From positions 13,640,001 through 13,704,000 of the forward strand of contig OX597836.1 of the NCBI GenBank assembly GCA_951406725.2: a DNA stretch of 64,000 nucleotides, given 5' to 3'. Positions 54,688 to 64,000 of this stretch are shown here, one piece after another. Every line of letters begins with the position of its first letter. The first letter of the stretch is position 1. The notes beneath the pieces were generated by a model, which was given only the letters and a program-made list of their open reading frames with translations, made no database searches and had not been told where the DNA came from. Made by a program: the position numbers and the translations under genes. The stretch comes from Octopus vulgaris. Lineage: Eukaryota.

Positions 54688-55085
54688 ATATGTAAGATTC
54701 TAGAGGGACTGGCACCAAACACTGACATCAAGAATTATACCAACCCTGAACAGGATACCACTCTACTGTTTCAAAGGTCCCACCTAGCCTGTCTAGAGTA
54801 AGGGCCAAGTACCATAATAGCTTGGAATTCTAAGGCCCATGGCTATTTAATATCTGGCCAATAAAGAAACAGAAAAAAACTGAGAGATCTACATGGAGTG
54901 GGGGTAGATGTTTTCAAGAATTGCCTTGACCCTCTGCTGCCCAAAATCTCAGATGTCCCCTCATCATGGCAAGAAACTCAAACAAGGGTAGCGATATCAA
55001 ACTACCCTGTTCAAAAAAAGGCCAACTACATACTGTTTGGAATTGAAAAGCTGATGACACTGGTAAGTGCCCCACCATGGCCACA
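54060..55085 (+). mobile_element. CR1/L2-like LINE 3' fragment interrupted by a SINE (54119-54687)
   Basis: KILEGLAPN, GPWLFNI and LRDLHGVGVDVFKNCLDPLLPKISDVP across frameshifts. Confidence 0.6.
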
Positions 55086-56279
55086 GCCTTTAGGTTAAAA
55101 CACATAAAAGAATACGTGTGTATATAAATATGTTTGTATATGTATAATTTTATATAAATATATGCACATATAAACATGTATTTGTATTTATGTATAGTGA
55201 TATCACCGTGACCGTCAGGCTATCAGTTGTTGCTACACATCGCTGGTTTTAGCCTTCAAATGACGCCAACAGAAGAAAGAGTGAGAGAGAAGGTTGTGGG
55301 GAAAGAGTACAGCAGGGATCGCCACCACCACCCTGCCGGAGCCTCGTGGAGCTTTAGGTGTTTTCGCTCAATAAACACTCACAACGCCCGCTCTGGGAAT
55401 CGAAACCGCGAGTCTGCTGCCCTAACCACTTGGCCATTGCGCCTCCACGTATAGTGATATATATATATATAGGTACTACTTAAGAAGAGCGCTAGTCGTG
55501 ACTAGTCGATCCTACAACGACTACCTAGCAAAGTAAATAAAACACAAAATCACAAAGTAAGGATCGATTAGTCACGACTAGCTAGCGCGAGTGCGCGCAC
55601 CGGGACTTATATGTATGTATAATATAGAGACGGACAGACGAACATAGAGAGAGAGAGAGCTGTTTCTCATATAAGTATACTACCTAAAATATATAATACT
55701 TTCTTTGTAAGTTTTAAGACGGTAGTGTGGGATTTGAAAAAAGAAATTGGTTGTTATTTCTCGCGAAAGTCGCTTTGTGTATGTATATGTTTCTTTATTA
55801 CCCACAAGGGGCTAAACATAGAGGGGACAAACAAGGACAGACAAAGGGATTAAGTCGATTATATCGACCCCAGTGCGTAACTGGTACTTATTTAATCGAC
55901 CCCGAAAGGATGAAAGGCAAAGTCGACCTCGGCGGAATTTGAACTCAGAACGCAGCGGCGGACGAAATACCTATTTCTTTACTACCCACAAGGGGTTAAA
56001 CACAGAGAGGACAAACAAGGACAGACAAAGGGATTAAGTCGATTACATCGACCCCAGTGCGTAAGTGGTAGTTATTTAATCGACCCCGAAAGGATGAAAG
56101 GCAAAGTCGACCTCGGCGGAATTTGAACTCAGAACGTAGGCAGCAGACGAAATACTGCTAAGCATTTCGCCCGCCGGCGTGCTAACGTTTCTGCCAGCTC
56201 CCCGCCATCCGACAGAAGAAGCCTGTTAGAAACACCGGTTACTTTTATTTATTTATTTATTTCATCATAAATATAAAAG

Positions 56280-56357
56280 TAGCCTCCCCTTGTCGCGGGG
56301 TGGCGCCAGTCTCTCCGACACCGGAAGTTGCATGTCGACTCAACTTTTTCTAAAAAC
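56280..56357 (+). promoter_or_regulatory. Putative FAF2 promoter/5' UTR
   Basis: Locally GC/CpG-rich unique sequence with an ETS-type CCGGAAGT at 56321-56328 just upstream of the ATG. Confidence 0.5.
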
Positions 56358-56417
56358 ATGGAAGACGACGGTGTGGACCTTTCTGGTGAACAAGTTGAGA
56401 AGTTGATTCACTTTCAG
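56358..56417 (+). CDS. FAF2: First coding exon of probable FAF2/UBXD8 (start of UBA-like domain); remainder beyond window
   Basis: aaacATG MEDDGVDLSGEQVEKLIHFQ|gtaaaa resembles, from memory, the vertebrate FAF2 N-terminus (DLTQEQTEKLLQFQ) with a phase-0 intron after FQ. Only 20 codons are visible. Confidence 0.75.
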
Positions 56418-56797
56418 GTAAAACAAACCATCGCAAAATCTGCCCCGTGCTTCACTGCACCGCCCTAACGCATTTCCTCTCCTCTTCCGCCAGCATTTCC
56501 CCCCTTTATTCACCGTCTTCTCTGCACCTCTACGAGTATTATGTTGCAATCCAAAGACGCAGATAACAAACTCCGCTCTTGTTTATTTCCCTTTATCCAG
56601 AATCGAACCCCTTTCCTTTCTTCTTGCTTTCTTTTTATTATTATTATTACTGTTGTTATTATTATTATTATTACTATTACTAATCAATCGATGATGGAGA
56701 AGAAAAGAAAAGAAGATAAAGAACTTACTCACCGCTCTCCTACTCTGTCGTTTTGACTTGCTATAAATAGCAGCCAAATCTTCAATCTACACCATTC

Positions 56798-57178
56798 CTC
56801 CTATGAATTGCAATATATATATACATACACACATATACATATATATGTATGTATATATGTATTGTAATTCATAGGATATGTATGTATGTATATATATATT
56901 GTATATCATAGGATATATATATATATGTATGTATGTATATGTATTGTAATTCATAGGATATATATATATGTATGTATATATATTGTAATTCATAGGATAT
57001 ATATGTATGTATGTATATATATATATGTATGTATATATATATATTGTAATTCATAGGATATATATGTATGTATGTATGTATATATATATTGTAATTCATA
57101 GAATATATATGTATGTATGTATATATATATTGTAATTCATAGGATATGTATGTATGTATATATATATTGTAATTCATA

Positions 57179-57182
<4 letters not shown>
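56798..57182. repeat. Minisatellite: ATTGTAATTCATAGGA anchor x8 with variable TA/TATG linkers, plus one inverted copy
   Basis: Direct reading. Confidence 0.85.
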
Positions 57183-57213
<31 letters not shown>

Positions 57214-57217
<4 letters not shown>

Positions 57218-57351
57218 GAGTGTCCCAAAAAATGTATACACATAGTGGTTCGGCAAAAAGAGAAACGATAGAATAAGTACTAGGCTTAACAAAGAATAAC
57301 AAATTTACAATTATTTAAGGTGTGTATACATTTTTGGGGGGACACCCTGTA
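57214..57351. mobile_element. Tc1-like MITE containing a SINE-A fragment
   Basis: CAGAGTGTCCCAAAAAATGTATACAC ... GTGTATACATTTTTGGGGGGACACCCTG. Confidence 0.75.
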
Positions 57352-57805
57352 TGTATATACGCATATATATATGTATTTATGTATAAGGAAGAATAAAAGA
57401 AAAATAATAAGTGATGCAAAAATTCGATAGCGTAGCTCGGGGTACATTGTGTCTGGAGGGATGGCCATAGCTTTTAATCATTGATAAGTCTGCTCTGCTC
57501 GATACTGGCCGACCGGTCGTTAAATAGCATCATTATCTTATTATTCATTAAATGTGGAATTTATTGTGTTAATGCTTGTTTTTGTCGACTTCTTCATTTT
57601 GTTAGTTTTTGTTCTTTTTTCATTTCATTTCCATTCACTTGTCTACAAATAAGCTTTGTTAAATTACATCCATACATTCATACTGTATGCTTTAAATAAC
57701 CTTCCTTTAGTTATTATAACAAGTATTCGCCAAACAATACCAAATAAATAGCTTAAAGTATTTCGGTGCAATAGTGTGGGTGTCAGCACATATACACTAA
57801 CACAT

Positions 57806-57845
<40 letters not shown>

Positions 57846-57974
57846 TACATTGGAGATAAAACCACTATTAGGCAAATCAAACAATGAAAAACTTAAGCCA
57901 ATACATAAAATTGATTAATTTATATTATTTTAAATATATATCAAAAGTATTAAAAGTTTAATAAAAGATAATGA

Positions 57975-58011
<37 letters not shown>

Positions 58012-58040
58012 CAATAATATGTTACATTACTCGATAGTCA

Positions 58041-58103
58041 AGATAAAACTCTGAGTTTCAGATGCCGAAGTGGAAATCCACAACACCATCTCTTCGGTTA
58101 TCT
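58041..58103 (-). ncRNA. Hammerhead-like motif
   Basis: AGATAA CCGAAGA GATG...CATC T GAAA CTCAGAG TT TTATCT, between (TA)n tracts. Confidence 0.58.
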
Positions 58104-58871
58104 GGCTATTTGAAAATATATATATATATATATATACACACACATATACACACTAATTATATATATATGTGGCTACATATATATTTGTGTGTGTGTGTAT
58201 ACCGTTGATAAAAAAAAAATTATCTGCATTAGGTGTATTTTGCATGTATGTTAGCTTGTATTTATATAGCTGATTGATGAGCTGTTTAGCAAAAGGAAGA
58301 CACCGGGATGGTGGGGTGGACGAATTGCCATTAGATAAGGGTTAATGGCTGGTCGTGTACAAACCGGTGTTGCTTGATGGAAGAAGGGGAAGAAAAAAAA
58401 GGTAAACTTCCGTTGCAGACTTTTCCATTATACACTCACTCATACGCACGCATATACACATTTATTTACACACTCTCCGTCTATTGTAATATACACCCGT
58501 TAATTAACTTCTCTCATACATACATACATTCATACATACATAGACATATGCAGTCACGTACTTTGTCTATTATTAAAAGGGGAAAAAAGACAATAAAAAA
58601 TGGATTATTCTGTTGTTGTGTAACGAATATACCGGTACATTTTAATGTAATATTTCAGGTGTGTTTGCATATTGTTTACGGCGATTTTTTTTTCTGTCTG
58701 GAGGGCTTTTATTTATTTTTTTAACCATAATATTTATTTACTGCTATTTATAGCATTATTGCATCGAGTTTCGCCGTTCCCCCAAAGAAGAGAATTATAT
58801 CCAGATATAAAACATTGTTTTGTACCCAAGCAAAAATAATTCTCAAATGTTCCGCAAAAATGTAAACCATG

Positions 58872-58909
<38 letters not shown>

Positions 58910-60740
58910 AGCTTCCAGGCTAATATTACCTGCAGACAGTATTTTATGGGATGTTTTTTTACGTGGAATAATAGCCGCAAACAGTGCAACTAGTTTCTTT
59001 GCCAATAGCAGCATTAATATACCTTTGACAGGATATAAAGAAACCATCTTAAGAACTAAAATCTGTAACCGATGGGGATTACTTGAATCAAAGGATCGGA
59101 TGACCAGTTGCTAATTGGTCTTACGCTTTACTCTTTTACTTGTTTCAGTCATTTTGACTGCGGCCATGCTGGAGCACCGCCTTTAGTCGAGCAAATCGAC
59201 CCCGGGACTTATTCTTTTGTAAGCCCAGTACTTATTCTATCGGTCTCTTTTTGCCGAACCGCTAAGTGACACCAGCATCGGTTGTCAAGCAATGCTAGGG
59301 GGACAAACACACGCACACACACACACACACATATATATATACGACGGGCTTCTTTCAGTTTCCGTCTGCCAAATCCATTCACACGGCATTGGTCGGCCCG
59401 GGGCTATAGCAGAAGACACTTGCCCAAGATGCCACGCAGTGGGACTGTACTCGGAACCATGTGGTTGGTTAGCAAGCTACTTACCACACAGCCACTCCTG
59501 CGCCTTAGCTGGATTTGATAATATTTTTGAAGTCGAATAGGTTTCTTTATCCGTTCGGAGAGAGAGAGATTATGTGAGTTTTAGACAGAATTTTTGTTTG
59601 AAGATGTTTCTTAATTTGTCGGATGAAAATTCTTCAAGGTGTCGTCCGGTGTTGACATCCCGTCCACATCAACTTATTACTTCGTTCAGTCTTCCGGCGG
59701 GGAGGAGGTTGATAGAGTAAATAGCTGTCTAATTACTGCGGTCGATTTAATGGAATTATCTTTTTGTTTGTTTAAGTCATTGGACTGCAGCCATGCTGGG
59801 GCACCGCCTAGAAGGGTTTTAGTCAAACAAACAAATCAACTTTAGCACTTATTCTATAGGTTTTTAGTGCTGAACTGCTAAGTTACAGGGATGAAAACAA
59901 ACCAACACCAGTTGTGTGAGACAGTCACACTATATATATATTTTTTACTTCAACAAATCGATCCCAGGACTTACTCTTTGTAAGTTTAGTACTTATTCTA
60001 TCGGTCTCTTTTGCCGAACCGCTAAGTTACGGGGACATAAACACACCGACATCGGTTATCAGGCGATGGTGGGAGGACAGAAACACAAATACACGCATGA
60101 ATATACGTGTGTGTGTGTATATATCATTATCATGGTTTGACGTCCGTTTTCCATGCTGGCATGGGTTGGACGGCTCGACTGGGGTCTGGGAAGTCAGGAG
60201 CCTGCGCCAGGCTCCAGTCTGATGCCCATCCTAACGCCAACCACTCCAAGAGTGTAGTGGGTGCTTTCTACATGCCACTGGCACATGGGGCTAGAGGGGG
60301 CTGGCAACGACCACGATCGGTTGGTGCTTCTGGTAGAAGCTATGTTAGAAGACATTTGCCCAAGGTACCACGCAGTGAAATTGAACCCGAAATCATAGTT
60401 GTAAAGCAGGCTTCTGGGCCACACTACCATGCCTGCAATATTATTGGGTGGATGAGGGTAAGAACTCTTGCTACTGTTGTCATTGCTGTTGTATTTGTTG
60501 AGACTCTTGTGAGCTTTGATTGAATAAGTCTATAATCAAAGTCATTCCTACCATGACCATCCCATCTTTTCAGTGGTACTGTATCTAGAATGTCATTGTG
60601 ATGATTTTTGTTAGGTATTTTCAATCAGTAGTATGATTTGAAAGAGAGATAGCTATTATTTCTTGCCGCTCATAGTCTCCTTTCTTAACCCATTATATTC
60701 ATGGAGAGGAGTGTCTTTCACCCACAGAGGCCATCTGATC

Positions 60741-61588
60741 CATCATCATTTAATGTCAGCTTTCCATGCTGTCATGGGTTGAACGGTTTTACTGAGGACT
60801 GGGAAGCCAGGAGGCTGCACTCGGCTCCAACCTGATCTGACAAGGTTTCTACACTTGGATGCCCTTCCTAACACCAACCACTCCAAGAGTGTAGTGGATG
60901 AGTTTTACGTGCCACCGGCATGGGGGTCAGTAAGGTGGCACTGGCATCAACCATGCTCAAATGGTAGCCTTTTACATGCCACCAGCATGGGAGCCAGTCA
61001 GGCAGCACTAGCATTGGCCACGCTCGAATGGTGCTTTTTATGTGCCACCAGCACTACATCTGTCATGCTTGAATGGTGCATTTTATGTGCCACCGGCACA
61101 GGTGCCAGCCAGGCAGCACTGGCATTGGCCATGACTGTGATTTCACTTGACTCAACTGGTTTTCTCAAGCACAGCATATTGCCTGACAATAGAAGGGTAC
61201 TTTTAAACAGGCCAGTTACGTGACACTTGCATCGGCCACAGCTACGATCTCACTTGGCTTGCCAGGTCTTTTCAAGCACAGCATATCCCCAAAGGTCTCG
61301 GTAACTTGTCATTGCCTCTGTGAGGCCCAACATTTGAAGGTCATGCTTCACCACCTCATCCCATGTCTTCCTGGGTCTACCTCTTCCACAAGTTCCCTCC
61401 ACTGTTAGTGTGACACTTCTTCACACAGCTGTCCTCATCCATATGCAACACATGACCATATCAGTGCAGTCATCTCTCTTGCACACCGTATCTGATGCTT
61501 TTTATGTCCAACTCTTCTCCCAGGGTGTTTACACTCTGTCGTCTATGCACACTGACATTACACATCCAGCAGAGCATACTAGCTTCAT
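60741..61588 (-). mobile_element. RTE-clade LINE 3' fragment (ORF end, 3' UTR, (GAT)n tail)
   Basis: EASMLCWMCNV...YGHVLHMDED...VEGTCGRGRPRKTWDEVVKHDL, then a UTR containing TTAGGAAGGGCATCC and a (GAT)n end. Confidence 0.85.
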
Positions 61589-63650
61589 CATCATCGTTTA
61601 ACATCCGTTTTCCATGCTAGCATGGGTTGGACGATTTAACTGAGGTCTGGCGAACCAGATGGCTGCACCAGACTCCAATCTGATCTGGCAGAGTTTCTAC
61701 AGCTGGATGCCCTTCCTAACGCCAACCACTCTGAGAGTGTAGTGGGTGCTTTTACATGCTGCCGGCACGAGAGCCAATTTCTAATATTTGCAAATTTCTT
61801 CAAATTCTACTCTTTTTCTTTCCATTTTTTTTTTCCACACGTTTGATAAATATTGCAAGCACCTTAATTTTATAAACAACATCCCAAATGAATGGTGTGG
61901 CATATTTATGAACAATTTGGTATACATACATGGGCATAGTTTGTAAGCCAGACACCTAAAAAAAAAGCATAGCTGGGCTCCCTTTTGATGCATGAGCATA
62001 TGATGTGCAGGCATGGTTAAGAGGTTGCCTCCCAACCACATAGATTGGGGATCAATCCTACTTCATTGCATATTGTAACCTTGAACCTGCCAAATCCTTG
62101 TGAGTGGATTTAGTTGTGTGTGTCTTTGTTTGTCTCCTTGTCTTGACATTGTGTGATTGTTGTAAATGAATATCAGCCATCATCATCATCGTTTAACGTC
62201 CGCTTTCCATGCTAGCATGGGTTGGACGATTTGACCGAGGGCTGGCAAACCAGATGGCTGCACCAGGCTCCAATCTTGATCAGGCAGTTTCTACAGCTGG
62301 ATGCCCTTCCTAACGCCAACCACTCCGAGAGTGTAGTGGGTGCTTTTTACGTGCCACTGGCACAGGGGTCAGCCAGGTGGTACTGGCAATGACCTTGCTC
62401 AAATGTTTTTACAAGTGCCAGTAAGGCGATGCTGGTAACGATCACGCTCGAATGGTGCCTTTTACGTGCCACTGGCACGGAAGCCAGTTAGCCGCTCTGG
62501 CAACGATCACGCTCGGATGGTGCTCTTAGTACCCTACTAGCACGAGGCACAAGTGCCAGTAAGGCGACGCTGGTAACGATCACACTCGAATCATCATTTA
62601 ATGTCTGCTTTCCATGCTGGCATGGGTTTGACGGTTTGACATGGTGCTTGCTTGTCAAGTAGTGATGAGGGGACAGACACAGTCACACACACACACGTGT
62701 GTGTGTGTGTGTATATATATGTGACAGGCTTTTTTCAGTTTCTTTCTACCAAATCCACTCGCAAGTCTTTGGTCAGCCCAAGGCTGTAGTTGAAGACACT
62801 TGCCCAAGGTGCCACGTAGTGGGACTGAACCCGGAACCATGTGGTTAGGAAGCAAGCTTTTTACCACACAGCCATCATCATCATTGTTCGACCGTGGTCG
62901 AGACAATGGAATTTACTATGCTATGCCAGACTTCACAGTCCATCATAGTACTTAATTTATCGACCCCGAAAGGATGAAAGGCAAAGTCGACCTCGGCGGG
63001 ATTTGAACTCTGAATGTAGCGGCAGACGAAATACGGCTACGCATTTCGCCCGGCGTGCTAACGTTTCTGCCAGTTTGCCGCCTTCAAGCATGGCACATAC
63101 CACCAGATCATTCTGACTCGCGAGTGACAGCTGTGCTGCACGTGTCAATTTCATAAGTAGGAGTTCATTTGGTTGAACAAGTGAACTCTCTTTGTCAAGA
63201 CTGATAGAGTATTTAACACCATTGTTTGCTGGACTATTAAACCTCTCAACATTCCCATTTCAAGTAACCAGGAAGTATTACTAGTATTACTTCATCGCGT
63301 GCTTGTTATGTTGTAACATAATTAGCATTAAACACACACACTTTACCGTTTGTTTACCTATTCATGAGATAGCTACATTAATAGCAAGTATTATACAGAT
63401 ATACAGTATGTACACACACACACACACACAGATTATATATAGGCGCAGGAGTGGCTGTGTGGTGAGTAGCTTGCGTGGCACCTTGGGCAAGTGTCTTCTA
63501 CTATAAGAATATGTCCTAGGGTTGATTTGTTCAACTAAAGGTGGTGCTCCAGCATGGCTGCGGTCAAATGACTGAAACATGTAAAAGAATAAAATATATA
63601 ATGGTTGTCAAATTCTATATTTAAATAACAAAAAATTAACATTAAACATT

Positions 63651-63920
63651 TCACGCTCCAGAAGTTGAGGAAACTTGGCTACAAAGTTCTTCCCCACCCA
63701 ACTTATTCTCCAGACCTTTTTTCCTACCGACTACCACTTTTTCAAGCACCTTGATGGTTTCCTGTGAGAGAATGAGTTCAAAAATAGAACCAATACTGGA
63801 AGTGCATTCAAAGAGTTCATTAGCTCCAGAACTCCAGCTTTTTATGTTACCGGAATAAACAAACTTGTAACTCGCTGGCAAAAATGTGCTGATTGTAATA
63901 GTACTTACTTTGAATAAAAT
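63651..63920 (+). mobile_element. Mariner transposase C-terminal remnant
   Basis: LRKLGYKVLPHPTYSPDL..TDYHFFKHLD...KLVTRWQKC..YFE*. Confidence 0.85.
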
Positions 63921-64000
63921 TTTCCACATTGTTGAAGCTTTTGCCTTGCTAGTATAGGTTGGATAAAATCTCTGGAAGCAGTATTCTATGGTTGGGTACC

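Noticed and set aside
56722-56790. Minus-strand donor GTGAGT and a plus-strand TATAAATA
   Set aside because: They lie in what appears to be a dispersed repeat (related text near 55725 and 60635); no partner exon

Overview
AT-rich, microsatellite-saturated animal DNA; the repeat families suggest an octopus or other coleoid cephalopod (inference). Most ORFs in the supplied track are microsatellite or SINE artefacts. By reading splice sites and phases by hand I reconstruct 21 phase-consistent GT-AG exons (2350-42794, + strand, about 1005 codons, 5' exon outside the window). They encode an ADAMTS2/3/14-type procollagen N-proteinase: prodomain, furin site RVRR, HEAAHVFGVQHD, disintegrin-like, TSR, Cys-rich, spacer, 3 TSRs and PLAC. 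A second gene, probably FAF2/UBXD8, starts at 56358 with a 20-codon exon. Introns and intergenic DNA hold at least four tRNA-derived SINE families, RTE, CR1-like, HERO-like and R4/Dong-like LINE fragments, mariner remnants, MITEs and Penelope-like GIY-YIG fragments. The least obvious signal is about a dozen type-I hammerhead-ribozyme-like motifs with palindromic stem III. Two keep an intact core: 6671-6765, sense within an ADAMTS intron, and 14312-14653, antisense with a SINE inside loop II. There is also a chain of (TAA)n-targeting elements, including a ~545-bp non-coding one. Coordinates were counted by hand and repeat boundaries are approximate.
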